Made by a program: the position numbers and the translations under genes. Below are positions 25,600-39,615 of a DNA stretch of 64,000 nt, one piece after another (position 1 is the first letter of the stretch; each line of letters begins with the position of its first letter). The stretch covers positions 558,001-622,000 of the forward strand of contig LSRY02000048.1 of the NCBI GenBank assembly GCA_001643675.2, read 5' to 3'. The notes beneath the pieces were generated by a model that had not been told where the DNA came from, did not search any database, and was given only the letters and a program-made list of their open reading frames with translations. Origin of the DNA: Monocercomonoides exilis PA203. Its lineage: Eukaryota > Protista > Preaxostyla.

Positions 25600-26470
25600 A
25601 ACAATGGCAAGTTTCACGGTTTATGTGAAACACAAAACATCCACAAGATCATCAAGAAGTTTCTCGAGATCACATACGAAAAAGAGAAGATTATACAAGC
25701 GTGATCATGCAAATACAAGTGAAGCTCGCCAGAACACCAAAATCTACTGGATCTGATAGAATTCAAAGAGCGGTGAAATAATATTGTTCTTCATCTGTTT
25801 CATTGTCTTTTTCCTCCTCCTCCTCTTATTCTTTTTCGTTATCGTTTTTGTCATCTTTGATATTTTTCTCTTCATCAAAGTGGGATTAGATGTGCAAGCC
25901 GCTTCCGCTGTTGGAAAAGGACATGTATTACAAACACAGCTCCATTGCAACTTTCTTTTTACAATTTTTTTTTATTCCAACATTTTTTAAGGAAGCATAC
26001 TCAAAAACCGCAGTGGCTATAGGCATATCTGCGTACGACAGGAGGCTCAATCCAAAGAGAAAAGCGTCAAAGGAAATTTTACTGGAAGGGCAGCTGCTGG
26101 AGATTGTGTGCTTCTTGCAAAGCGAAATAAAGCGCGTTGATTTTTTTTCAGTTGGTAAAGTGGAAAGCAGAATTCGAAAGACAAACTGCATATTTTGCAC
26201 TCAAATCAAGTTTGTGTTCATACGCGATTTCTGATTCGGTCGACAATTTCTACGATCACGAAAGAGTGTTCACGAGCCCATATGACGAAATGACTGCGAT
26301 ACAACGTGCTGTTTCAAATGAGCCTTGCCTGACTGACACGGAACCCTCTGTCATTTCTTCAGTGCCCCGAAAAAGAATTAGAATAAGTTGTAGATTCGAA
26401 AAGAGAAGCGTTGAGACAACAATCCGCAAGCTCATTGCAGAATCAACTCAATCTGCAAGACGTTGAGTTG
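25600..26470 (+). pseudogene. Degenerate gene, possible homologue of gene X (7740-8880), pointing away from element 2
   Basis: Overlapping, frameshifted ORFs 25890-26234 and 26137-26466. The pattern YD.RL....K.A[ST].[DE][IL]L[IL].G...FL[NQ] is shared with 7850-8125. Confidence 0.3.
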
Positions 26471-27199
26471 ACTGTGCCGTTTGCATGGCATGAAAGCCCT
26501 GAGCCGCTCGATGAGTTACTCGCTCAAACATCGAAAGAAAATGCAACAGCATAAAATGCGTTGCCTTTTGCATCATTATTATCAACAGCATCTACTATTT
26601 TCTCAAAGTCCGGTTCTGCCTACTCCTCCTGCTTCTATTCCTCCTCACTGTAGCAGCAACTTGTCTCCTCTCTCTGTCTTCTTAATGATGTTGATCACGC
26701 TTCTCTTCTTCTCTTCAAAGCAACACTAGCTGGAAGCCTGGGGTGCACTCAAAAAGTGTCTGCCACACGCGCTGAAAAAAGACGAGCAATGTTCGACTGC
26801 TCTTGTCTTAAGCGAATATCCTTTATCTTCTTTTTGTTCATTCGTCTGGGCAGTTTTTATAGAAGTTAAAGATATGGCCGGACCTTCTGAGATATGCGTG
26901 AAGCTCTGAGTTCTCACTGAGATGTGTGTGAAACAGCTTGAGCGCATCCAGTTCACCAACAACGAGCACGAATTTGAAGGCTGGCTAAACGTTGTGACTG
27001 TTAGGTGTTATTCGTCATCTTCTTCTTCCTCTTCTTCTGCATCTTTTTCCTGCAACATCTTGCATAATCAAAGGCGGTTGTGTGAGGATCGCACATTTCC
27101 CTTGAGTAATCTTCTGAGTTTCTTCCTCATGCTGTTCAAGTTATTCTGACTACTGCTGCTGGATCTTATTAAAATAGGCGAAATGAGAATAATTCAGTT

Positions 27200-28268
27200 A
27201 ACGACAGCTGCTGTGGTTCTGTGCGAAACGGCAATGTGAGAGATATTACAAACGTGTGAAATGATCTGGTCGTTGTAAGGCCATTCAGAAGGACGGAAAA
27301 GAATGGAAGAAAACAATCTGTTAATCACAAAGGATTCACAATTGGAGATGAGGCACGATTGTTGATGTGGGTTGGAGGTTAAGGAGAAGAATGAAATGGA
27401 AAAAGATGCGAAAAATGTGAAGAGTGAGAAAGAGACTTCAGAAGGAGGAATGGATGAAGTCAATAGCAGAATGAATACAGAAAAAGAGGAGGCTGAAGTT
27501 AACGTTGTTGATGGATATGATTTTGACATAGGAATGGAGAATAACGAGATTGAGAATGAGAGAGAAGGAGAGATGAATGTTGAAAGTGGAAAAGTTGAAA
27601 AGAAAGGAAAAGAAGTGAAAGAAAGATACGAAAATTTTTTTCGTCAAAAGGATAGATGAAATGAATAAAAGAAGAAGAGGAAGAAGAAGAAGAAGAAAGC
27701 ACAAACCCACTGTAATAAGGCACAAAGATCTGATGCAGATTCTCAGCGCGTTGATTAAAAATCACCTGGATGTGACAACTCAGTCGCTGAACAATAAGAA
27801 AAAGCCATATTTTTCAGCTTTTTTGTGCAATTTCAGCAAGAATTAATAAACAAAGCACATCTCAAGTGAAAGAAGGTTGTTCTTCTGGTTTGGTGAAGCT
27901 GTTGGATGAAAATTTATCCAAAATTGTGAACGCAGTCACGGAATAAAAAGAAGAGTGGGAAAAGGAAGTTGGAAATGGTAATGAAAATTAGATGAGGGAC
28001 GTCAAAGGCGTGGGAGAGAATGGAAGTTGAGTGATGTGCAGTGCAAGAAGCGCTGATTTTATAATTGTTTATGTTTTTGATGGGAAATAATTTGGTTCGA
28101 CCTTCTCTTTTTCTATGCGACAATATTAGAGTTCCTCATCATCATCATCATCTTCTTCTTCTTCTTCCTCTTCCTCTTCTTCTTCCTCTTCTTCTTCCTC
28201 TTCTTCTTCCTCTTCTTCTTCTTCTTCTTTATCTTCTTCTTCTTTATCTTCTTTATCTTCTTCTTTAT

Positions 28269-28299
<31 letters not shown>

Positions 28300-30920
28300 T
28301 TCTTATTCTTATTTATATTCTCCCCCAACCCCACTGACGATACGCCATCAACTCCACCTCCCAGTGTCTGGCGTGCTTTGAACATTTCAACAGTTGCCAC
28401 TTCTCCTCTGGACACGCCCCGTCGCATAACGCTGGCTGAATTGTGTTATCACTTTGGCTTCTGCTGCTCTGCTCCGTAGGATGCAGAAGATGCAAAGGAT
28501 ACTTTAAGAGAAATGAAGATCTCATCTAAACATCTGCCACTTGAGAAGAAATTGTAAACTTCTTCTGATTCTGTGTCTTTCTTGGAATTTGCTCTAGGAT
28601 TTCAGCAACCCTCCGCTATTTCTTTCTCTGATTCCTCGTCCTCTTCCCGCTTTGAAATCGTTGTTCTCTGCTTCATTGTGTTCCATTCATCATCATCTTC
28701 TTCTCCACTGTCGCCTCCTCCTTTTTCATTATTCTCTTCTTCATCATCATCGTTATCAATGCATTCTGCAGCTTCACTGAATGTGCATTTGAACTGTTTT
28801 CCTATTCCCCAGAGGCGCATTCCGCTCTGCTTCAGCACTTCAAACGGCTTCCGCGCTCCGTCTGTGCTGATCGGAGTGAATGAGGCAAATGGGCATCGAA
28901 TGAGAAATGGCAGTGGAAGAGGGAAGGAGCTTCAAGGCACATTGCGTTCATCAGCTCGCTTTATGACACCGCCAAGAAGCGAAGAGAGAGAAGTTCAAGT
29001 TCAAATGAAAGAGGCAAAGAAGGCGGATTTCAGAAGCAAATTGAGCGCAGAGCAGAGGATAGGGAGACAGCAGGAAGAGCCAAAGGCGAAGACGAAGAAG
29101 AAGGAGAAAGACGAGTTTTGCACACACAAATTGGCACTTTCGACACAAGACTTACACAGACATCAACAGAAAGAAGGAGGGACATGGGAAGAGAAGAAGG
29201 AGGTGATGAAAATGATGATGAATAGCAGCAAACGTTTTATTCGTTCGACAGCACACTCTCATCTGCACGATGGCACTCTCAAAACATCACAGCCTCCTCA
29301 ATATTTGCCACTCCACCTTTTTCTTCCAATATCACACACACAATTGTCTGCCCCTTCTGTTCTTGTTGGTACTCCGGCGAAGCCACCAACTCCTTCATCT
29401 TCTGCAACAGACTCTTATTAGCTCTTACTGAAGTCGCTCTGAGCACAGAACATTTCTAACCCTTCTTTTTCTCTTTTTGCTCTTATATTTACATTCTTGC
29501 GGAGTTTTTTAAGTGCGGTTCTAGGGAAGAAGATATTTTGCAATCTGAAAATGCTTTAAAGCAGGAACATACGAACCAGGGGTGATGCATTTGAGTGACA
29601 GTGAATGGTGCTGAACAACGGTGCATATGTTACAAGCGGATTTATGAAAGCGATGTTGAGACCACCGGCATCGGAGCAGACGAAGTTGCCGTGGGAGAAG
29701 TGGTAATTCCAAACGGTAAGGCTGTTGTTGGTTAACTCACTGTCGTTGGCATGTGCGCAACTGCTGATCTTGGAGAGCAAGTTGTTAGTGAAGAAGGAAT
29801 TCTTCATTCTAAAGGAGCTTCATGATAAATTTGACATTGAATAAGAAGAATAGCGCTGTTTGCTTTAATGGAGAGATCTGTTGCGAGAGATGTTAGACGG
29901 AGTTGCTAAATCCAACATCAATCACGTACAAGACTGTGAAGTACTGAAGGAGGAGAAATTGAAGCCAGAGAGAAAAGATTCAGAAAGATGTCTGGAGGAA
30001 TCCGTCGAAAATGTGAAATACTGAAAAGTTGATTGAAGCGAAGGAGGAGCGGAAGGAGGAGTGGAATGAGATGAGGATGCAGTTGTTGTCTAATGCAATA
30101 TCAGCGAGCGGGAAAATGTAAAGTGAACAAAAACAAAATTGTTCGAGTAAGACCAAATTCGAATGTTGGAAAGGCAATTCTGGAGAAAAATATAAATAAA
30201 GGTTGCGGAGAAGGAGATACAGAGGTTAAGCGGGGAGTGGAATAGCTTTGGAGAGGAGTCTGTGTCTTTGCAGAGGAATATCCGGTGGGTGTGGAAGAAA
30301 AGAAATGAAGGGCAGGATGTTAAAGTCGTGATCGTGATCGGTGTGAGAGGAATCAGAGCTTCAATTGGATGTGCTCGCAGCAAGAGAAGGTTGGGTGAAC
30401 TCGATGGAAAAGAGGGACTCATCGATTTAGGCTGGGATATAGGAGCTCCGGAGAAAGAGGTACTTTCCTCGGAAGGCGTCGTTCAAGGCTATGCGGATGT
30501 TGAGAACGGAGACAAGGATTGGAGGAGCTTTAGCGGAGTGGATGCAGTCTATAAAGAGGTCGTCTCCTTCGGTCGACATATCGCTCACATAGATGGTGAA
30601 ATGTCATGTTTTGGTAGCGCAATCCATTGCTCATTCGCTCTCAGCATTTCACATAAGAGCTGGCCCCTTGCATAAGAGCGTAATGTGACCATGTTTGCAG
30701 ATTCTCGTCTTAATAATGTTCTTGATTCTGATTCAGGTTGCCTCAAAGCAGTTGAGTCGGTCAGAGCAGACGGGAAAACTGCCATGAGTGAAGAATCAGC
30801 GAACAAAGCGAAATTGAATTGAAAGGATACAATTACTGTAAAAGTGGATATAGCAGAGATGCGGAGAAACAGGCCAGGAAAGGAGACAGCGGAGATGGTG
30901 TTGCATAAATGAGCATACCC
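27200..30920 (-). pseudogene. Degenerate gene of unknown function
   Basis: A protein-like frame (YVSDMSTEGDDLFIDCIHSAKAPPILVSVLNIRIALNDAFRGKYLFLRSSYIPA*IDESLFSIEF...) is interrupted by many stops. Boundaries are approximate. Confidence 0.35.
28135..28310. repeat. (CAT)n/(CTT)n-derived microsatellite
   Basis: About 170 bp of imperfect CTT/CCT/CTTTAT triplets, seen directly. Confidence 0.9.
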
Positions 30921-32244
30921 ACTTCTTTTTTATCAATCATCTCAGACGAAAGGAATGTTTGTAGAGTCTGCATGAAAAATGAACAGCCTTATAAAAGAAG
31001 GACTCAGCTATCAAGGAAGGCTATGACTAAAAGGTGGATGATAGAGGATAAAAGAGAAATGCTGAAAAAAAATTTTTATAAGGATTTGAAGACAAAATTC
31101 TCCAATTTCCTATTGTTTATTCATTTTTTCTTTGCAATTTTTTTTAACTTTGTTTGATCAATCTATTTAAATAACTTCTTTTAAGTTTTATTTGCTTTTA
31201 AGCAAAAAGAAGCAGCAAACCGTTGTATATCTGATAAATATCTAGCTTTCTATCATTTTTTTGTCTGTTTGCTTTTCAAATTGTTTCATTTCAACAAATG
31301 TTTTTTGATCTTTTTAATTAATTTTAAGATTTCTTTTCAATAACTTATTTGACAATATTTGAATAAGAAATAGATTAATAACGTATTGAAACAATCATTA
31401 TCATGCTTTTCAAGCAAGATAACTTATGTTTTATTATGTTCATTGAATTTTCGAGATTTATAAATGCTTTTTTATGTTTTTTACAAAATTCGTAATAAAT
31501 ACAATTGGAAACAAATAAATATCAACAAATAATAAATAATAACTATATATTAATGCAGACTTTCGTATTATTTTTCAAAAATTTTTTCTAATCAACCCCA
31601 CCCTTAATGAAAATTTTATATGATCAAACGTCGGAATTTTTTATGATATCAAAAAAAATCACCCATATTTTCTGTTTAATGATGATGGATTTCAGAGAAT
31701 AATATGTAGTAATTCATATTACAGCAAACAATCGTTTTTGAATAAACATTGAATTAAAAATTAATTCGATTTTTTGAAGATAGAAAAAATATTTTTTAGA
31801 AATGATTCTGTTTTCGAATATGAAGAATTTCATTCACTCAACAAAAATTATTTAACCAAAAATTGTAAACTGGTAATTTTTTTTTTTGAATTGAATAGAT
31901 TAAAAAAATTATCAGCTCAAAAACAATTTAAAAAAAGTGGAAATTTTCCTTCATTTCATTAAATTTTAGATATTATTCATTTCATGATAATCAAAAAATA
32001 AAAAATGCAAATTTTTAAAAATCTCTTGTTTCTTTTTTGAAGAATCAACAAATTGAAAAATATGAAAAAAAAAATTGTTTGATCACAAATAAAAAAATGT
32101 GCATGAATCACACAATGCAAGTTATTCACACAAATAATCAAAATAATTTATCGTTTCGAATTTGAAATATTCTTTTTCATAATTGAATTATTATTATTCG
32201 AAATCGATTGATTATTTTTCGAATAAGAATTATTTTTTTATATA

Positions 32245-32697
32245 TAGTCAAAACCGGATGTTATCACATTGAATATAATCAACATCGTTAATAGTCACAT
32301 TTTCCCATATACCGACATTTTTGGCCAATTTTTCATTCATTTTCCATCACATATAATTACAGGGCTGTAAATAATAATAATCACGTTTTTTATTATTATG
32401 GGTGATTTTTTCAATGAAAAATCGAATTTTTGATGAAAATTTTCAATTTTTCAATTTTTCAAAATTATGTTTTTATAAGTCTTAATAATGTGAATTTGTG
32501 ACATAATTTGTTCAGCAAGTGAAAAATGCGATTTAATGACAATTAAAAAAGAAAAATAATAAATTTTCCCAAAATTAATTTATTGATTTGTAAATATTAA
32601 TTTTTTTCTGTGTCATGTCACATCGTTTATAATCATAATCGGATATCGTCACAAAAAATTGTGCAAAACCGGTTGTGATTATATTCGATTTAGACTG
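32245..32697. mobile_element. Decayed pogo/Tc1-mariner-like MITE (~450 bp)
   Basis: Left end TA|TAGTCAAAACCGGATGTTATCACA versus the reverse complement of the right end, CAGTCTAAATCGAATATAATCACA. No coding capacity. The right end is homologous to 455-534. Confidence 0.45.
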
Positions 32698-33163
32698 CAA
32701 ACAGACAAAAAATCAAATTTGGATTTTTGTTCACCAGACTGTCAGCGAAGTCAGTGACTGTCAATAGAGTCAGCAACTGGCAGAGTTGTAATTTAAATTT
32801 TATTTTTGAAACAAAGTGCAGTTTGAAGAATAATTCAAAACAAACAAAATGATTCAAATTGATTTATCTTACGAAACACATTATAATTAAAGAAAATAAA
32901 TGATTTTTATAGTTAGTAAACACTGGAGTGAATTTTCAAAAACTGACGGACGTGACAAAAGTTGTTTTATCTGTAACACATGTTTTATCAGATTCAATTA
33001 AAAAAAGAAAAAAAGAATCATTACTCAAGTCATTTTTTTCAATCAACACTCGTCGCTTAATTTTCTCATGTTCCAAAGGACAAAAATTAACACTTCACGA
33101 AATAAAATCGTATTCTTTTTTCATATTGTTGATCGTTTTTTAATTGATATTTCTTTGAGTATT

Positions 33164-33167
<4 letters not shown>

Positions 33168-33211
<44 letters not shown>
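33168..33211 (+). repeat. Poly(A) tract, ~44 nt
   Basis: Seen directly. Confidence 0.9.
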
Positions 33212-33212
<1 letters not shown>

Positions 33213-33619
33213 GAGTTTTTTTTTTGTGATAAAATATTTTGTAAATTATGGCATGTTAAACTTCGTCTTCAAAAGAATTTTGTATTTCATAAAAATCCCA
33301 TTACAACGTAAATTTATAAAAAATGAAACAATGTTTTGCATTAATAGTTGTGAAAAAATGCATGTGTCCGAAAGAATTGTGTAGGCACAGGTATAGTTTT
33401 TGCGCTTTTTGTGTTTATAATATTACACGATTTATTTAGTGAAAGAATATACAAATTCTCTTTTTAAATCAAAATGGCAATGCATGCTCAATTTAATTTA
33501 CCTTCTTAAACATATAAATTGAACAACATAGAAAAATACATGTGTGCGAATTTTTATTTCAGCATAAAAGTCATGATAATTGCATTTGTTTATTTTTTTT
33601 GAATGTCAGAATTATTTTG

Positions 33620-34940
33620 TAAACTTGTGATTGCATTGAGGAAGGGAAGAAACATAAAATCGAAGAAATGAATGAAGTAATGAAGGATATGAATATCTTC
33701 ATTATATACTCTATTTTCACTCCTGAACCATCGAAAAAAATATGAAAGATGAACGAAGAAATAATAATATCGATTGCGAATATCTTTCTATTGTTGGAGC
33801 AATTGAGATATTGCAATAAGCTGAAAAGAATAATCACTCGAGGCTTTCAGAAATTTATATGAGTAAAAGATTTGAAAGGATGATAATTGACGAAAACGAT
33901 AAGAAAGAAGGAAAGAACGAAAAACTGCTGATTAATCTTTGCGGATACTGTATTTTTTTTAAGTTATGACTTCTTCAGAATTACAATCGAGTTGTATGCC
34001 ATGCCTTCTGAACGCTGTATCGAGGAAAGAGGAAAACGAGAAAACATTAAAAGAGGTGGAAATGGCTTTGCTGGCTTTGAGCAATTCTAATGTGTGTTAG
34101 GTTTGATTTGTTTATTGATAAATTTTGAATTGTCGTTTCTTCATTTAATTGATATAATTTACTTTTTTTAAGGAAATGAAAAAAGACCATTTTTTGAAAA
34201 AAATCAAAGAAATCATCAAATATCATCAGGAGCATCACAATTTTTCACTACTCGCCTATCAGTATGTTGGTCGTTTTTGATCCACAGATTGTGCAATAAC
34301 AAAAACTGGGAGAGAGAGATTGTGAACGAGCTGCCTTTTATAAACGAAGCAAAGAAGAGAACTGGGAGAATTATTGATGCGATTGGATTGGGAGAGAAAA
34401 AAAGATGAGGAAAAAAAAGAGGAAGTGAAAGAAGTGTTAATATTAAGGAGATGGTTAACAACAATTTTAGATTTTTTTTACTCATGCACATTTTGGAATG
34501 AAGAATACGTTGAACTTATCAACAGCATTGTTCAGGTGCATCGAGCATCAAAGAAAAATTGCCCAGACTTTCTCGGCGGATGCCTCGAATATTTAAAAGG
34601 AGCAGCATAAAACAGGACTGTAAAAATTTGTGCTTTTCAGAAAGAAGGAGCTGTTTATGCTGTTTAGGAGGAAATTCAGAGGCAAACATTGAATTGCAGG
34701 ATCATATGAGAAAGCTTGGGATTCTTTCAAATTATTACAACGAGATTAAAAGAAGAGGAGAAAGAAGAAATGGAAGAAGCGAAAAGAAAGAGATTGAAAT
34801 GACGATCATTCGAATGGATGTAAGAAGATGGATGTGAAGATGTCATTACAAGCAAAGGTGTAATGTTTGATTTTCTTGACAGAAATTTTTATACTGAAAT
34901 GTTGTTAGTGGTTTCTGATTATTATGTGAATTCCAAAAAA
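33620..34940 (+). pseudogene. Pseudogene of the lineage-expanded acidic helical family (paralogue of 36580-38106 and 39616-41183)
   Basis: Recognisable remnants (RFERMIIDENDKKEGKNEKLL, KEVEMALLALS, IKEIIKYHQEHHN, LDWERKK, FFYSCTFWNEEYVELINSIVQV) are broken by frameshifts and stops. Confidence 0.8.
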
Positions 34941-36579
34941 AGGAGAAAGATAAATTTTTATTCATGAAAATTATTGCATTTATCACAATTTCACGAGAAA
35001 AAAAATAAACAGAAATCAGATTCTATTCTTGAACAAAATTATTAACTACTCTTCATTTCGATAGAACGAATAAACAAAAACAATTAAAAAAAGACACATC
35101 CCTAAATTCTTTTCATTTTTTCTTTGAAAATTGACCGTGAATAACTTGTTTGAACATAATATTCTTTTAATAAATAGAAAGAATCTTGCTATCTCGTTTC
35201 TCCGAGCTGTATCTCCTCCTCTTCTTGTCGTTATGTATTTATCTGGTCTCTTCATTAACTTTGCTTTAACCGTGAATTCCAAACAATTTCAGCCAAGAGA
35301 AGCGGATGATGAGAAACTGCTGACCATTTGAAATTAAAGAAAACGAGAAGCAATAAACGTTCACAAAAATTGAAAAGCTTGTTCTTTAAAAGCAGAAGAA
35401 ATTATTTAATTTTTGATGAGAATTCGAATTGCTCGTCAAAACAAACAACAGGTTTATTCAATTAAAACATCACAAACATCAACAATTAATAGCATTCAGA
35501 TTTTTTTGTGTATATATGCTCTTATTTTTTCTTGTTTATTTTTGGGTAATCCGTTGTGAATAAGAAGCAGTTGCTCCAATCCTTTTACAGAAAAAATTTT
35601 CATCAATAATCCAGTGGATGATTCAAAATGTTTCTAAAGTTTCAGCATATTCTTGAAAGATGTTTGATCTTCAAAAACGGTTTTTGAAGCTTTTCTCATT
35701 TCGATTAACTATGAATAAGACATTAATTCTTGATTAATATTTAAAAAGTCTATACCTGGTAAATATTCCAGTTCAAATAATTGTGCAATTGTGATAAACT
35801 TCAATCGGTGTTATAGGGTTTCATTTTTTGGAGTTATGATTTATTCTTCCATCAAAATAGTTGCATTATGAAAAGAAAAGCAAAAATTTATGGTTGCATC
35901 ATTGACAAAAATGGAATCATATGAATTTTTTGATTTGTTTTGTTTTATTTATTTTTCTTCCACATTTTTTGATTTTTTTGAAAAACTGACTTGATGTTGA
36001 GTCAGGAGTCACTGACCTTAGTGACGTGTCAAAATTCCGTTCACCGCTTCCACGGCAGTGAAAAATGAATTATGGAAGATTTGATAATAACATTTTTCTG
36101 TATTTTTCTGATTTAAAAATAAAATAAATTGTATTATATTTTTGAAATAAACTATTTCAAAACAATTTATCGATATTATGGTTTTGATTTGTTACGTGGA
36201 ATATAATGTCACGTCCGTCAAAAATAAAAAATGTCACGTCAGAAGTCACCACGTCACCCAGGGTTAGCTGTTATTGAGAAAAATGTTTGAAAACATTATG
36301 CTGAACAAAAATCACAAAGAAAAATTTCATCCCATTTCCAACTGTCTGTTGTGCATATTATGGTTGGTTCGATCACAAAACGATTGATTTGCAAAATACT
36401 GGTGTGAAACAAACAATAACTGCTATTCTTCACTTTCATTTTTGCTTCTAATTTATCCAAAGCATAGCATTTGAAATTGAAGTAGCTTAATTTTTATTTT
36501 GTGAGATAAATAAAGATGTTTGTATTTGTTGATTAACTTGTTTATAATTTGCATTCATTTCAATTGTTCAGTATATGCA

Positions 36580-38106
36580 ATGAGTAAAATTAATGGAGTT
36601 GATCATGATGAGGAAGAAGAGGAAGAAGAAGAGGATTGCGATGACGAAGAAGAGGAAGAATTCAAGACAGAGCTTACAGAAAAGTTCACAAGTTTGTGGT
36701 TTTTTCTGTTGATTAAACTTCAGATATTTTTGAATATTTTATTAATTTTTTGAAGAGTTGCTTGATGAACTGGAAGATTGCGATGGGAATGAACAGAGAA
36801 AGAAAATTGAGGAAATGAATGGACTTATTGACGAGATGGACAAAGAGGAACTCAGATCTGTATTCACAATTGAAAATTTCGACAAAATCGAAATAATGAT
36901 TGAAAAAAAGAAAATACCAATTGAAAATGCTATTTTGCTGATGAAACGAATTGGGTGTTGGATAGCGATGAACCATATATGGATTCGTGGTATTGAGAAA
37001 TCTTCGTTGCACAAAGAATTGGAAAAGATGATCGTTGACACAGAAAAGAAAAAAGAAGAAAAGAATGAAAAGCTTCTTGTTGATCTTCTCGAATGCTATA
37101 CAATGATACTCGATAACACGCTTCCTGGAAATATGCCTGTGATTTGTTTGCGTTGCCTTCTGAAAGCTGCTTCAAACAAAGGGGGAAATGAGGAAACACA
37201 AAAAGAAGTGGAAATGGCGTTATTGGCTTTGGCAAATATTAGCTGTCTGGAGGTTTGATAATGTTTTGTCAATTTTTATTTTTCATATGAGTCTTTATTA
37301 TATTTCTGAAATAGAAAATTAAAAAAGAATATTTTTACGAGGAGATTAAAGAAATCATCCTATTTCATCAGGAGAGTCGAAATCTGACACGACTTGCGTA
37401 TCAATCTGCTTGGTTTTTTTTGATTAAAAGATATAATTCTGATAAAAGCTTGGAACATGGAATGGTAAATGAACTGCATTTTATCAGGGAAGCTGCAAGA
37501 GAACTGGAAGAATTTTCGAAATGCGTGGATTGGAAAAGAGAAAAAGAAGAGGAAGAAGACGAGGAAGAGGAAGAGGAAGAAGATGAAAAAATAGCGAAAG
37601 ACTTATTTGTTTTGAGGGAATGGTTCCATCCGCTAAGTTTATTTTTTGATTCATTCAAAATGAGAAATGAAGAAATTGTTGGACTTATCGGGAGCATTGC
37701 TCGGGTGTTGAGAGCGGTGAGAGAGAATTATGATGGGGTCAGTCACGCGTGCATTTATTCATTAAGAAAGTTTGGATTTAGAAGAAATGTGGAAGTTGAT
37801 GATTTCTTGAAAGGCTCGGCTGTTGATATTATTTTAAAGGAAATTCTTCGACCAACACTCGATGACGAAAAGGCATGCAATTGCTTGGTATTATTTGTCA
37901 CATTATCAAGTCGACTGAAAGAAGAAAAGGATGATGAAAAGGAAGAAGAGGAAAGAAAGGCAACAAAAATGGAGATGCTAGAAAAGATGGAAGAAGGAGG
38001 ATATGAAGATGCCATAGTAAGCTTTCACAAAAAATTGAGTTCACTTTGCCAAAATTATTGTGATGATTTACCGTTGAATATTTCGGATTATTTTGTGGAT
38101 GCTTAA
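36580..38106 (+). CDS. Uncharacterised acidic alpha-helical protein, lineage-expanded family; exons 36580-36691, 36756-37252, 37315-38106
   Basis: GT-AG introns join the three ORFs in frame. Family motifs: KKEEKNEKLLVDL, QKEVEMALLAL, LTRLAYQSAW, EKMEEGGYED. Confidence 0.85.
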
Positions 38107-39117
38107 TAAAATATAACTTGATGTTTTGAATCTTGCAAACACAAAAATTTTATTTTCCTTTTTTTTATCATTTCGCAAAATCGAAAACAAACATTCATTT
38201 GAAATTTATTTTATCGGAATTTCGTTTTTAATAATACTTTATTTTGACAAAGTGAAGAAAATAATAATCCTTAAAATAGTGTTAACCACATTTTTCATTT
38301 TTGTCCTTTCTTCTTCAATAGTCTTCCTCTCATGACTTGTCTGCCCATCAGTTTCAAGGAGAAGGATCAATATCAACTTGTTCACTCATCAGGTTTGAAA
38401 GTCTCAGTTCTGCTCTTTTGAGAAGTCTTGTGTAACTCCAGCTTCTTTCCTATTTTCTCCAAATTGATTGAGATTTCAGAGAGTTGAAGAAGAGAAATCA
38501 AAACTCAGTGAACGATTATGGATTTTTTTGAGATGAATGTGAATTGAAAGAACATTATGTTATTTTTTTTTTGGTAATTGGAGTGTCTATTGTCTCTTCA
38601 GCATCTTAATTCCAACTTTCTCTTTCTCATTCTCTCTCTCTGTTTCTTATTCCAATGTTCCTCTGCAAACAGTCTTCAAGAATAAAACAACCACAACCAA
38701 TTCTGAATGAGCAAAAGAAAAGAAGACTTTTCAAGGAACGAAGAAGACAAAGAAACAATATTCCAAGAAACTGGCTTATATTCTCTGTCCAAAGGATTTC
38801 TTGAAATTTTTAAAAACCTTTTTTGATGGCCCAGCTTCATTGGAGAACATCATTTTTTTTTTGTAGCATTATGAAAGGATGCAGTCTCTCCATCAAAATG
38901 CAGAAGAAGAAGAAAAAGAAATAATGATTGAAAATCTTATGCTTTCTTTTGACAACAAAGACGATAACAGAAATGGAAGCAAGTTGGGTGAAGAATATAA
39001 AGAACAAAGAAAAATAATATCAGGAATCTTTAATGAATGTTGGGAGATTGTTTGTGAAGAATTTGATATATGTGATGTTTTTTCAATGAATACAAAAACA
39101 AAAACAAAAACTTCTAC

Positions 39118-39214
39118 AAATACAAAAACAACAATACAAAAACAACAATACAAAAACAACAATACAAAAACAACAATACAAAAACAACAATACAAAAACA
39201 ACAATACAAAAACA
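39118..39214. repeat. 14-bp tandem repeat (TACAAAAACAACAA), ~7 copies
   Basis: Near-perfect copies seen directly, with no spacers. Confidence 0.9.
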
Positions 39215-39615
39215 AGATCAAAGAAAGAGAAAGAAAGAGAAAGAGAAAGATAGAGGCGGAGAGAAGTTGTTTTCCCTTTAACAAAGATGAAGAATACGAA
39301 ACTAATTTAAGTATTGAAAGACGAATGGAATGTTGAAGTGGAAATAAGCGTGTGAGATCGAAGCATAAGCAGAAGATGATAATGAGAAGAATAATTTAAA
39401 AGAATGAAGAATCCACAATTTGTGTTGAATATTCGAATTGTCCAGCCGAAGACATTGCTTCATAATGAAAGCTTTTCTTCTCTCTTCTCTCTTCTTCTTC
39501 TTCTTTCGTTTGTTCGTTTGCTGCCGTCTGCCTCTTGAATCTCTGTTTCCATTCCATTCCTTTTCTGCTTCTCTGATACTGCAGAAAATGAATGGATCAG
39601 AAAAGAATATTCTCC

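Noticed and set aside
39118-39214. Possible CRISPR-like array
   Set aside because: It is a simple 14-bp tandem repeat with no spacers, in eukaryotic DNA.
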